From an uncultured bacterium (lineage in GTDB: Bacteria; Fidelibacterota; Marinisomatia; Marinisomatales; UBA1611): 64,000 nt of DNA. The position numbers and the translations under genes are program-made. The notes beneath the pieces are model-generated. The model worked only from the letters and a program-made list of their open reading frames with translations. It searched no databases and was not told the origin of the DNA. The stretch is from the NCBI GenBank assembly GCA_943788175.1, contig CALSPG010000001.1:128001-192000 (forward strand), written 5' to 3'. Shown here in pieces: positions 29,197-39,465 of this stretch (within the stretch, counting starts at the first letter, position 1; each line of letters starts with the position of its first letter).

Positions 29197-30282
29197 TTGA
29201 AGAAAATATATAATTTTAGTGCAGGACCAGCCTGCTTACCTGAACAAGCTATAAGCTCTTCAATAGAATCGATAAAAAACTTTAAACAATCAGGAATGAG
29301 CCTATTAGAAATGAGCCATCGCTCCGTTCCGGTTGTAGATTTATTTGAAGAAACTACAAATAACATTATTGAGCTCTTAAATATTCCTAAAAATTATAGT
29401 GTTCTTTGGCTGCAAGGTGGTGCATCATTACAATTCTCGATGGTTCCTATGAATCTTTTACCTCTAGCAGGCTCAGCAGATTATATTGACACTGGTTCTT
29501 GGTCTGCAAAAGCGATTATAGAATGCGAAAAATTTGGTAAAGCCAATGTAATAGGTAGTAGTAAAGAGGCTACTTACTCTTTTATACCTAAAGATGTGCA
29601 AATTTCTTCAAGTTCTTCTTATTTGCACATTACAAGTAATAATACTATCTACGGTACACAATACAAAAATTTCCCGGAAATAAATAATGATAATACATTA
29701 TTAGTAGCTGACATGAGTTCTGATATATTATCAAAGACAATAGATATATCGAAATTTGGTTTAATTTATGCAGGAGCTCAAAAAAATATCGGGCCGGCTG
29801 GTGTGACCTTAGTTATAATAAGATCGGACCTTTTAAAACTAAAATATAGAGATATACCCACCATGATGAGTTACAGCACACATGCGTCTAAGGACTCTAT
29901 GTTTAATACACCACCTGTGTTTTCAGTTTGCGTTGTGAATGAAACGTTGAAATGGCTAAAGCAACTAGGCGGTTTGGATTCAATGGCTAATATTAATGAA
30001 CTGAAAGCAGGTCTGCTTTACGAAGAGATTAATAGAAATACTTTATTTAAAAGCCCTATCAATGAAGAAGACCGGTCTTTAATGAATGTTTCATTTATAT
30101 TTGATAATAATAAAATTGACGATAAAGTATTTTTAGACTTTTGCCTTGCAAGAGGGTTAACAACTTTAAAAGGTCATCGATCTGTAGGTGGGTTTAGAGC
30201 TTCAATTTACAATGCTATGCCCCAAAAAGGTGTAGAAGTCCTTATTGAAACAATGCAAGAATTCGAAAATAGATATTCTTGA
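29197..30282 (+). CDS. serC: Phosphoserine aminotransferase
   Basis: NFSAGPA, EMSHRS, LQGGA, NNTIYG, DMSS, YAGAQKNIG, NTPP, GHRSVGGFRASIYNA. Confidence 0.97.
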   Translation: MKKIYNFSAGPACLPEQAISSSIESIKNFKQSGMSLLEMSHRSVPVVDLFEETTNNIIELLNIPKNYSVLWLQGGASLQFSMVPMNLLPLAGSADYIDTGSWSAKAIIECEKFGKANVIGSSKEATYSFIPKDVQISSSSSYLHITSNNTIYGTQYKNFPEINNDNTLLVADMSSDILSKTIDISKFGLIYAGAQKNIGPAGVTLVIIRSDLLKLKYRDIPTMMSYSTHASKDSMFNTPPVFSVCVVNETLKWLKQLGGLDSMANINELKAGLLYEEINRNTLFKSPINEEDRSLMNVSFIFDNNKIDDKVFLDFCLARGLTTLKGHRSVGGFRASIYNAMPQKGVEVLIETMQEFENRYS

Positions 30283-30385
30283 TTAATTTTTTATCGAATA
30301 TTTCAGGATATTTAATTATAGACCAATATTATTAAAAACGAGCCTTATGGTTATCCTATTTTTTTATGCAGAATTATACTAGAAA

Positions 30386-30994
30386 CTATTGAGTCTTAAT
30401 TACTCCCTTTTCTACAAGTTTATCTAGTTTTGGTTTTATTACAAAAACACAGTAAGGCTGATTAGGGTTGTTTTCATAATAGTCATTATGATAATCTTCG
30501 GCATCGGAGTAATTATAAATTTCTGCTATTTCTGTGACAATTTTATCTTTCCAATATCCTGATTTATCAGCTTCTATTTTTGACTCGTTAGCCAACTTCT
30601 TCTGCTCCTCATTATGATAATAGATTACGGATCTGTATTGGGTGCCTGTATCATTACCTTGTCTATTAAGAGTCGTTGGGTCATGAGCTTGCCAGAAGAT
30701 ATTTAATATTTGTTTGAATGAAATGATTTTTTTATCATATTCTATTTTAGCAACTTCTGCATGTCCAGTTTTTCCGGTGCAAATTTCTTTGTAGGTAGTA
30801 CTTTTAGATTTACCTCCAGCATATCCTGGTGTTACAGATATTACGCCATCGATTCTTTGGTATACTGCTTCAACACACCAAAAACAACCGCCCCCTAATG
30901 TAGCTAATCCTGTTTCAGTCATTTTTTGTCCTTTAATAAATGAAAAAAATATAAATGTAATAATTAAAAAATAATTTATTTTGGTATTAACCAT
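30386..30994 (-). CDS. msrA: Peptide methionine sulfoxide reductase MsrA, probably exported
   Basis: GGGCFWC, TGHAE, HDPTTLNRQGND.G.QYRS, AEDYH; hydrophobic N-terminal extension. Confidence 0.95.
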   Translation of the reverse strand: MVNTKINYFLIITFIFFSFIKGQKMTETGLATLGGGCFWCVEAVYQRIDGVISVTPGYAGGKSKSTTYKEICTGKTGHAEVAKIEYDKKIISFKQILNIFWQAHDPTTLNRQGNDTGTQYRSVIYYHNEEQKKLANESKIEADKSGYWKDKIVTEIAEIYNYSDAEDYHNDYYENNPNQPYCVFVIKPKLDKLVEKGVIKTQ

Positions 30995-33900
30995 ATATCA
31001 GTTCCATAAAAATCACCTTTCCTATTACGAATTTTAATTTTTTTCTCTTGTACCCTGTAATTATTTGTAGGTGCATTTACTTTAATCATTAAAAAGCCAG
31101 TATCTTTAACAGCTATCGCAAATTTTCCTTTTATGCCTGTAATCCTTCCCCCTTTTTCTTCTGGATATTTATTTATTGTTGGTGATTTATAAAGTGACCT
31201 TTTTGTGGGTAGCCTATTGCCATCATCCCAAGTTTCACCATCGATTAGATTTATTAATCTAGTTTGACTTCCACCATTCCTAGGTGTCTGCGAACCATAG
31301 ATTCTTACTTCTGCACCTAAAATCGGTTTACGTGTTTTGTAATCTCTCACAGTTCCAAATACTAAAGAATTATCTAGCTTTTCTTGTGGCAAATACCTCG
31401 GGAGATTCTCAGTTTCTAGAGGGTTTGAAATATAGTTTTTTTGTATAATTCCAAGGTTTTCATATTGGCCATAACTAGGAACATAACATTTTGAAGGGTT
31501 AATATTTATAGAATCATTTAGGAGAATTTTTATAAATCTCTTTGAGTCTAGGTTAAACTCATATGAATTTATTTGAATTCTTTCTAGTTCATATGACTGG
31601 TGTTTATTTTCATGGGCAATGTAAATTATATGTCCTTTATTAAAGTATGATTTAGTTTTATTTAAAATTAAATCATCAGCTTGCTTATCATACATTTCGG
31701 ACGATTCTAAGGTAACTACATAATCACCTGTCCCATCAACAGAATAATGTTTTATTCTTAAAAAATGAGGTCCAGGTAGTAGTGGAAGCTTCATCATGAA
31801 ATTATTACTATCTCTACTATTATCATCTGAAGATATTAGCTGTCCAGCATTATCAAATATTTCGGCATATATATCAGTTTCACCTAAAGATTTTGTAAGT
31901 ACAGTTATTGGATATTTAAGGTCAAATCTGAAAATATCTACATCTCCGCCAAGCTCAATAATACCAGATGAAGAACTACCCATTTTTATTTTTGTTGATG
32001 AGATAAAATCATTTCCATGGTCATCACCACTAAATTCAATTGTTGGGCGGTCATCATTATCAATGATGGTATATGTATACCTAGTCGAATTCCCTAAGCT
32101 TGCATTTTCTGGTTCCCCTATTAGATTTACAATTAATAATTCATCGAATTCATCTAATTTATCATCAATGACTTTGAAATTTATGGTACCGGTTCCAGGC
32201 GTTCCAGGAGGAATAATCATTTTTCCATTTTCTAGAATATAATCTTTATTTCTTTTTGAAGTGGTACCGTAGGAACTTACTCTATATTTTACTGACACTT
32301 CTTTTTCTGAATGAGTAGACAATGCATATCGGATGAATTTTGAGCTGTCGGACTCTAAACCGCTGCCTCTTTCATTGACTGTGTAGATATAAGGCGCTGG
32401 ATCATCATCATTTATCACAACTCTATGTGAAGCTTTAGCGCCGAGAGTACTGTTAACAGGGTCTAAAAGAGAAATAATAATATCCTGCAATGGTTCATCA
32501 ATTGTATCATTAATTATAGAAATATCTAAAGTGTCTCGTGTAATCCCTATAGGGAAAAAAATAGTACCATTTATTAGTCTGAAATCCTGATCATTTATCG
32601 CGCTGCTATTAGACTCAACTTGATAATTAACTGATACTTGTTTCCCACTTTGGTTTGAAAGAGCTAAAATCAGATAGTGTTTTTCAATTGATTCCGAAAT
32701 TGTTGTATTAGTAGATAAAAACTCCACAATAGGAGGAGGGTCATCGTCTAAAATTGTTAAGATATGTCTTCTTGATGCCCCGGTGTTAGCATTAGTAACA
32801 GTCGAATCTATAAGGTCGATTATTAATGTTTCATCATATTCATCTATATTATCATTATTTATATTTAATGGAAATGTTATGCGTGATTTTGTTGCTGGTA
32901 CGGAAATGATTTCTTTAATGTTTGTATAGTCTTTTCCATTTCCTGAAGCCGTACTATCATGTGATACAGCGTATATTGATGTGTTTTTTCCTGATCTGGC
33001 TGAGACGCCAAGAGAAATTTTTGCCTTTCCAACGCTTTCTATAGCACTTGAACGACTAGTTAATATTATCAATGGCTCGGGTATGTCTAGAATGTAAACA
33101 TTTAAAGTATCTATTCCAGAATTATACTTGTCATCTACTTTTAATTCAAAAACCAATGTATCAATTGTTGCTCCAGCCGCCTTTACATTAACAACAGCTT
33201 GACTCCAAATTTTTGAAGTAGCTTGAGTTCCTGAAAGCTGGCGCCACGTATATTTTAAAATTTCCCCATCAATATCATTACTTTTTGAACCATCTAAAAT
33301 GATAGGGTCTCCGATGTCAATTGTTTGGTCATCACCTGCAATAGCAATTGGGAAAAAATTTTTATTATATACGCTCACTTTTACAGTATCGTCATCGATG
33401 ATGTTTCCAGGACCTTTAACAGTTAGTAAAAATTCATAATTCTCATCAATAGCTGGACCTAAAAAATTAAAAATCGGATTAAAAGGATCTTCAATTTTGA
33501 AATTATCTGATAAGGTAGTCCATTCATAACTTTGAATAATATTATTTGGATTATAACTCTGACTTCCATCAATAAATATTGTTTTTTCATAGGCACTCTC
33601 TTGATCTTTACCAGCATTTGCTATAGGTGGTTCTGGTCCAAATGTTAAAGTGCTTACCTCTTGTTTCTCTTTGGTCATTGTGACATCAATGTCTGCAATG
33701 TTTTGATTATTCTTTGGCCATGATTTTAATTTGAATTTTACTAACATCTTTTTCTTTGAAATTGTGAGAGTATAATTAGCTGGATTTAGATTTTCAATTT
33801 TAAAAAGACCTTCTTTATTGGTCTCTATTTCAGAAACGGCGTTATAATTTTCATCAATAAGAATTATAACAGCTTTTTTAACAGGTTTACCTTTTTTATT

Positions 33901-34395
33901 TAATACTTTACCACTAACAAATACTTTTTCTGCCTTTTTTGGCATTTTTTTTCTTTTTTTAGGTTTTTGTTCTGTTTTTTGTTTAGTATCATTTTTTATT
34001 AATGTGGCAGCTTCTTTATTTATAGTTGGTTCTGGACCAAAAGAAGTCTTTATTCTAGTGCCTTTTTCGGATAACTTTATTTCTAAGTCCTCAATATCTA
34101 AATTTCCTGAAGGCCAAGCACGAATTATTACTTCTCCAGACTCTTTCTTTTTAATTACACTGAGATAATAATTTTTTGCATCAAGATTTTCTAGAACAAA
34201 TTTTCCCTTCTTATCTGTCTCCACAACTGTGACTTTTTCTTTTTTTGCATTCAAAAGCTTAATTTCAGCCTTCTTAATCAATTTTCCATTTGATCCTTTG
34301 ACAATTCCTTTTATTGAGACCTTATCAATAGAAAATGCAAATGTAGTGATAATTATTAAAAACAATAATTCTTTATATATTTTGCTAGAATTCAT
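30976..34395 (-). CDS. Large secreted multidomain protein (carboxypeptidase-regulatory-like, PKD-like, Calx-beta and PPC-like domains)
   Basis: Signal peptide; two repeats ending FGPEP; PIANAGKDQ and PIAIAGDDQ modules; three Calx-beta units ending TILDDD, VINDDD, TIIDND; DDHGND..GDVDIF. Confidence 0.8.
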   Translation of the reverse strand: MNSSKIYKELLFLIIITTFAFSIDKVSIKGIVKGSNGKLIKKAEIKLLNAKKEKVTVVETDKKGKFVLENLDAKNYYLSVIKKKESGEVIIRAWPSGNLDIEDLEIKLSEKGTRIKTSFGPEPTINKEAATLIKNDTKQKTEQKPKKRKKMPKKAEKVFVSGKVLNKKGKPVKKAVIILIDENYNAVSEIETNKEGLFKIENLNPANYTLTISKKKMLVKFKLKSWPKNNQNIADIDVTMTKEKQEVSTLTFGPEPPIANAGKDQESAYEKTIFIDGSQSYNPNNIIQSYEWTTLSDNFKIEDPFNPIFNFLGPAIDENYEFLLTVKGPGNIIDDDTVKVSVYNKNFFPIAIAGDDQTIDIGDPIILDGSKSNDIDGEILKYTWRQLSGTQATSKIWSQAVVNVKAAGATIDTLVFELKVDDKYNSGIDTLNVYILDIPEPLIILTSRSSAIESVGKAKISLGVSARSGKNTSIYAVSHDSTASGNGKDYTNIKEIISVPATKSRITFPLNINNDNIDEYDETLIIDLIDSTVTNANTGASRRHILTILDDDPPPIVEFLSTNTTISESIEKHYLILALSNQSGKQVSVNYQVESNSSAINDQDFRLINGTIFFPIGITRDTLDISIINDTIDEPLQDIIISLLDPVNSTLGAKASHRVVINDDDPAPYIYTVNERGSGLESDSSKFIRYALSTHSEKEVSVKYRVSSYGTTSKRNKDYILENGKMIIPPGTPGTGTINFKVIDDKLDEFDELLIVNLIGEPENASLGNSTRYTYTIIDNDDRPTIEFSGDDHGNDFISSTKIKMGSSSSGIIELGGDVDIFRFDLKYPITVLTKSLGETDIYAEIFDNAGQLISSDDNSRDSNNFMMKLPLLPGPHFLRIKHYSVDGTGDYVVTLESSEMYDKQADDLILNKTKSYFNKGHIIYIAHENKHQSYELERIQINSYEFNLDSKRFIKILLNDSININPSKCYVPSYGQYENLGIIQKNYISNPLETENLPRYLPQEKLDNSLVFGTVRDYKTRKPILGAEVRIYGSQTPRNGGSQTRLINLIDGETWDDGNRLPTKRSLYKSPTINKYPEEKGGRITGIKGKFAIAVKDTGFLMIKVNAPTNNYRVQEKKIKIRNRKGDFYGTDIWLIPK

Positions 34396-34618
34396 TTAAT
34401 ATTTATTTTTTGCTGTTTTGTAAAAATAATATAGCTTATCTATCTTCAAATTATTCTCAAATTACACAATACTAAATAAACCTACAATGTTATGAATACG
34501 CCTATATTTCAAACATATTATATATATATTAGAACTAATAGTATGGATGTTTTTAAAAATAGATAGTGATTTGTAGCTATTAATTAGTGATCATAAATTG
34601 AATTTGATATATTAAAAA

Positions 34619-36307
34619 GTGGATAATAACAAATTTATTAAAAATCTAAATTCTATTATTGGCGAATCTAATGCTCTTACTGCCGATTGGAATAAACAAC
34701 CTTTTTTAAAAGGCTGGAGATATGGAGAAGGTGATGCAATTGCAGTAGCAAAACCAGGTACATTATTTGAACTTTGGCAAGTCTTGCAGCTTTGTGTAGA
34801 CATGGACATAATTGTTATTATGCAAGCAGCAAACACGGGTTTGACAGGAGGATCTACTCCCTACGGTTACGACTATGACCGACCTATATTAATTATAAAT
34901 ACCATGCGCTTAAGCGATATCCAGATTATTGACAAAGGTAAGCAAATTATTGGATTCTCTGGCAGTACATTATTTAATCTTGAGGACAAACTAAAATCAT
35001 ACGGTAGAGAGCCTCATTCTGTAATTGGCTCATCATGTATTGGTGCTTCAATTGTCGGCGGCGTATGCAATAATTCAGGTGGTGCTTTGGTCAAGAGAGG
35101 ACCAGCTTACACAGAGCTTTCACTTTATGCAAAGATAGATTCAAAGGGTAAACTAATATTAGTTAATGAATTAGATGTTCATCTTGGTAATACTCCAAAA
35201 GAAATATTAACAAATTTGCAAGATAGTAATTATGGACAAAACGATATTAAATACTCAACAAAACTTGCATCTGATAATAAATATCAAGAAAGGATAAGAG
35301 ATGTTAATGCGAGTACACCTGGACGGCATAATGCAGACAGTAGGCGTTTGTATGGCGCTTCTGGTTGTGCGGGAAAAATCAGTGTTTTTGCTGTACGTTT
35401 AGATACGTATCCTATCTCAAAGAGTAACCAAGTATTTTATCTAGGAACAAATGATCATTACATCCTCGGTAAAATTCGTAAAGAAATATTATCTAATTTT
35501 AAAAATCTGCCTACTTCTGGAGAGTATTTGCATAGAGATTGCTATGATGCCGCAAAAAAATATAGTAAAGATACATTTATAGCCATAAATAAAATGGGTC
35601 CTAGTTTCATACCGAAATTATTTGAATTAAAGAGAAGAGTAGACCTCATTGCTAAAAACTTTAAATTTCTACCCAATAATTTATCTGATAGAATAATGCA
35701 AATTTTAAGCAATTTTTGGCCTAATCACCTTCCGCTTAGAATGGAAAATTTCCGTAAACGTTTCGAGCATCACTGGGTTATTGAAATGTCGGATGAGGGT
35801 ATTAATGAAGCTAATGAATATTTTAATAACTTCTTCGCAAGTAATGAGGGTGATTTTTTTATATGTACTAATGATGAAGCTGAAAAAGCGCTTTTGCATC
35901 GTTTTGTAGCCGCAAGCGCATTTGGTCGTTATTATGCACTCAATGAGAAAAAAACTGGAGGAACTATATCCATGGATATTGCGTTACCTCGAAATGATAA
36001 AGATTGGTTTGAAAAACTACCCCCTGAAATTGATGATTTATTAGAAATGAAATTATATTATGGTCATCTGTTCTGTCACGTTTTGCATCAAAATTATATT
36101 GTTAAAAAAGGTGTTGATGCTGAAAAGCTGAGACAAAAATTATTAAAAATATATGAGTCCAGGGGTGCCGAGTATCCGGCAGAGCACAATGTCGGCCACG
36201 AATATTTCGCTAAGCCTGCTCTTTCTGATTTTTATAAAGACTTGGACCCCACAAATAGCTTTAATCCGGGAATTGGACAGACAAGCAAGCTTAAAAACTG
36301 GAAATAA
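34619..36307 (+). CDS. dld: FAD-dependent D-lactate dehydrogenase (E. coli Dld type)
   Basis: IMQAANTGLTGGSTP, GREPHSVIGSSCIGASIVGGVCNNSGG, YYGHLFCHVLHQ, EYPAEHNVGH, DPTNSFNPGIG. Confidence 0.95.
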   Translation: MDNNKFIKNLNSIIGESNALTADWNKQPFLKGWRYGEGDAIAVAKPGTLFELWQVLQLCVDMDIIVIMQAANTGLTGGSTPYGYDYDRPILIINTMRLSDIQIIDKGKQIIGFSGSTLFNLEDKLKSYGREPHSVIGSSCIGASIVGGVCNNSGGALVKRGPAYTELSLYAKIDSKGKLILVNELDVHLGNTPKEILTNLQDSNYGQNDIKYSTKLASDNKYQERIRDVNASTPGRHNADSRRLYGASGCAGKISVFAVRLDTYPISKSNQVFYLGTNDHYILGKIRKEILSNFKNLPTSGEYLHRDCYDAAKKYSKDTFIAINKMGPSFIPKLFELKRRVDLIAKNFKFLPNNLSDRIMQILSNFWPNHLPLRMENFRKRFEHHWVIEMSDEGINEANEYFNNFFASNEGDFFICTNDEAEKALLHRFVAASAFGRYYALNEKKTGGTISMDIALPRNDKDWFEKLPPEIDDLLEMKLYYGHLFCHVLHQNYIVKKGVDAEKLRQKLLKIYESRGAEYPAEHNVGHEYFAKPALSDFYKDLDPTNSFNPGIGQTSKLKNWK

Positions 36308-36402
36308 TATAACCTATTACTGTAAAACTGGTTCAGGACCATAACCTCTTGTACAAAAATAAATAGATAACTAATTTTAAATTAAACTATTTGAGGAAAA
36401 AA

Positions 36403-38673
36403 ATGCGGAAACATAATCGGACTTTTTACAAAGTAATTCTAGTCTCTCTTTATTTTATAAATATTTCTTTTGGCGAGTCGGTTGCGAGATTGATTAAATC
36501 TGAAGGCGTTGTTTATTTAAAACGAATGGGTATGCAAACATACTCTGAAGTTGCGCAAGTAGGAGCAAGTATTAATAACGGTGATGCCATCAAAGTAGGC
36601 GATTATGGTTTTGCAGCATTAATTTTTATTGATGACAGGTCAGTTGTAAAGGTCAAACCTAATTCACAGTTTGAAATTATGGATACAAAAAATACAAGAT
36701 CGGTAAATATTGAATTTGGAACAATTTTAAACAAAATCGAAAAAGAAAACAGAACCAAAACATTTCGAGTCGTTTCACCAGTTAGTGTCGCTAGTGTAAA
36801 AGGCACTGAGTTTGCAGCTATGATTAATCCTTCAGGTGTTGATCAATTTATAGGTAAGGAAGGGCTTTTTGATGTGTTTAACTCTGTCAGTGGTCAAACA
36901 GTTAGTGTCGGTCCAGGTCAGAAAGCACTAAGTGGTTCCACTGGAAGTTTGATGCAGGCTCCAGCAAGTCCGAATGAATATCCTCAGGATCCAGAATTAG
37001 AGTTAGAAGTTGAAGAAAGGAAAAAACCTTCAGAGCGTGATGAATCAAAAAAAATAGAAAACGATAATCAACAAAGAGAAGTAGAAACAAATGATTCGGA
37101 AATCAAAAATAAAACCGATCAAATAAATGATAGTACCATTAATAATGAAGTTGATTCTAATGATTCACAAAAAACAGATGATGCACCTAGCTCGCCTAAA
37201 AAACCATTTGGAATGGGACTCGGGATTGGCTCTGCTACAATAGATGGTACTCTTTACAATCAGTTAGCATTAAGACCAGAAATCAATTTTGCGGGTATTG
37301 GAATAGGTTTAGATCTAGTTGTTTATATGGATGATGAAGGAAATATTAGACAGGATGAGTGGGACTTTGATGATAATCCAGATTTGATTTATGATAAAAT
37401 TTTATATATACGATATGGTGAAAAGTCTTCTCCTATATGGGCAAAATATGGTTCGATTGAAAATATGACATTAGGTCAAGGTGGATTGATGAAAGGATAT
37501 TCAAACATGATGGAGTTTCCAACTGTTAGAAGAGTTGGGATAAATACGGGTTTTAATCTCGGATCTATTGGAGGAGAAGTGTTCCTATCAAACATAAAAG
37601 ATTTTTCTCGCGGAGGAACGATATTTGGTTTGAGGGCTCAGTATAAAATATCTGATAATTTACCAATTACTATTGGCCTCAATTACATTTCAGATGCAAA
37701 TATGTTTTCTGCGATGAAAGATAAAGATGGCGATTCATTCCCTGATGTGTTTGATGATTTCCCAACAGATAGTACTCTTTGGAATGATACAGATGGTGAT
37801 GGTTGGGCTGATCCAGGGCATGGATTATCTGTACCAGACTCTTTGATAGATATTGACGCAGACGGTGATAATATTGTTGATACTATCGACGACAGTGTAA
37901 TGATTAAAGCTAGGCCATTTAGCATAAATGATAATAAAGCATCTGTATCTGCTTGGTCGTTTGATGTTTCTTATCCTGTATTAACAAGTAAAATGTTATC
38001 ATTGACAGTTTATACCGAATTTAATTCTCTTATGTTTCCTGAGGTATCTACGATAGGTGAGTCTTCTGATACACTTTTTTATCGACCTGAAAGATCTGGC
38101 TCAGGGATTACGCTTCCAGGAATAAGATCAAAACTTTTTGGGTTGCTCGACCTTTCACTTGAATATCGTTCTGTGCAGGGATCTTATGTACCTCAATTTT
38201 TTGATCAAGCATATGATTTAAATAGGGTTTTAAGTGTTTCGCAAGGTACTAGTACGACTATTAAAACAAAAGATATGTCTATTTTTGAAGATTATGATAA
38301 TAAAGCGTCATCAAGTGGTGTTTACGGATCTGCGAATATGAGTATTCTCAATTTATTGAATTTTAATGCATCATATGCAAGTATGAAAGCTGATACTCTA
38401 GAATTCAATAGTTTTAACTCAGTTTTAACATTAAATACTGACAACATTCCCAAATTAAGTGTCGCAACAGCTTTTTATAGAAGAAATAACGATAAAGACC
38501 CTTTTGATTTTAAAAATCCTTCTGCGAATACTGTCATGGGTTATAAAGTCGGTTACGAAATGAGTAAGGGTGTTAGTCTTATTTGGGAGTATAGTGAATT
38601 CTATCGAGATAATGGTTCAGGGGAATTAGAACCTGTTAGACAAACGAAAGTAGAGACAGCATTTAGTTTTTAA
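36403..38673 (+). CDS. FecR-domain protein with an acidic linker and probable C-terminal outer-membrane beta-barrel
   Basis: FecR-like FRVVSPVSVASVKGTEF; DxDGD repeats; alternating beta-strand pattern ending AFSF. Confidence 0.7.
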   Translation: MRKHNRTFYKVILVSLYFINISFGESVARLIKSEGVVYLKRMGMQTYSEVAQVGASINNGDAIKVGDYGFAALIFIDDRSVVKVKPNSQFEIMDTKNTRSVNIEFGTILNKIEKENRTKTFRVVSPVSVASVKGTEFAAMINPSGVDQFIGKEGLFDVFNSVSGQTVSVGPGQKALSGSTGSLMQAPASPNEYPQDPELELEVEERKKPSERDESKKIENDNQQREVETNDSEIKNKTDQINDSTINNEVDSNDSQKTDDAPSSPKKPFGMGLGIGSATIDGTLYNQLALRPEINFAGIGIGLDLVVYMDDEGNIRQDEWDFDDNPDLIYDKILYIRYGEKSSPIWAKYGSIENMTLGQGGLMKGYSNMMEFPTVRRVGINTGFNLGSIGGEVFLSNIKDFSRGGTIFGLRAQYKISDNLPITIGLNYISDANMFSAMKDKDGDSFPDVFDDFPTDSTLWNDTDGDGWADPGHGLSVPDSLIDIDADGDNIVDTIDDSVMIKARPFSINDNKASVSAWSFDVSYPVLTSKMLSLTVYTEFNSLMFPEVSTIGESSDTLFYRPERSGSGITLPGIRSKLFGLLDLSLEYRSVQGSYVPQFFDQAYDLNRVLSVSQGTSTTIKTKDMSIFEDYDNKASSSGVYGSANMSILNLLNFNASYASMKADTLEFNSFNSVLTLNTDNIPKLSVATAFYRRNNDKDPFDFKNPSANTVMGYKVGYEMSKGVSLIWEYSEFYRDNGSGELEPVRQTKVETAFSF

Positions 38674-38680
38674 TTCATAA

Positions 38681-39451
38681 ATGGCCAAAATATGTCTACT
38701 GCTTATCGTTTTATTGAGTCCATTAAAGTCTCAAGGTGAAATAGCTATTTTAAGCTCAAGGGTTGGAACCCTAATTGACATTCACGAAAACAGGTTTTAC
38801 CGTATTTTCCCAAAAGTAAGAAATTTTTTGAGTGCTCAGGTTTACTTAAAAAGCAGCAATGATTACAAGGTTAGAATTGTCGTTAACAGAAAAGATAAAA
38901 AGAAGACTTACGAAAAAAACATGTCTTTAAAGCAGTTTACTAGGTTTCAAAACAACATAAATAGACAACCTGAATTCACAAAAGAAGCTCGCGAGATAAT
39001 GTATGCTGGAATGGATTTTTTAAGGGCATCAGATATTTTAAACGATATTAAAAAACCCCAATATGTCAAAATAATACATACCAATAGTGACCGGCTAAAT
39101 GGAACATTAATTGGTTTTGAGGATAATTTAGTTGCTGTGCAGACTGCTACAGCAATAGAAAAAATAGATTTGAATGATATTGAACGTATTTCATATAGAC
39201 TTTACAGTAATGAATTTTTAGGTTTAAAGCCGTATATTTACGGATTGAGTGGAACTTTTGGATTGAATGTGGCTACACTTTACAATAGTCAACGAAGTCC
39301 TAGGTTAGATGAGTCATGGTATTATAAATTCTATGGTATAGTGGTGGGATTAATTTTCAGTAGTGAGCTTTATGAAGCATTAGCGACTGTTTTAACACCA
39401 TCAGAAACGTTTATCTTATCTCAGGATGAGTATGAACAAAATTATAAGTAA
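38681..39451 (+). CDS. Hypothetical exported/membrane protein
   Basis: 256 aa ORF with signal peptide and hydrophobic C-terminal segments; operonic spacing. Confidence 0.65.
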   Translation: MAKICLLLIVLLSPLKSQGEIAILSSRVGTLIDIHENRFYRIFPKVRNFLSAQVYLKSSNDYKVRIVVNRKDKKKTYEKNMSLKQFTRFQNNINRQPEFTKEAREIMYAGMDFLRASDILNDIKKPQYVKIIHTNSDRLNGTLIGFEDNLVAVQTATAIEKIDLNDIERISYRLYSNEFLGLKPYIYGLSGTFGLNVATLYNSQRSPRLDESWYYKFYGIVVGLIFSSELYEALATVLTPSETFILSQDEYEQNYK

Positions 39452-39465
39452 TAACTGGAGTCTTT

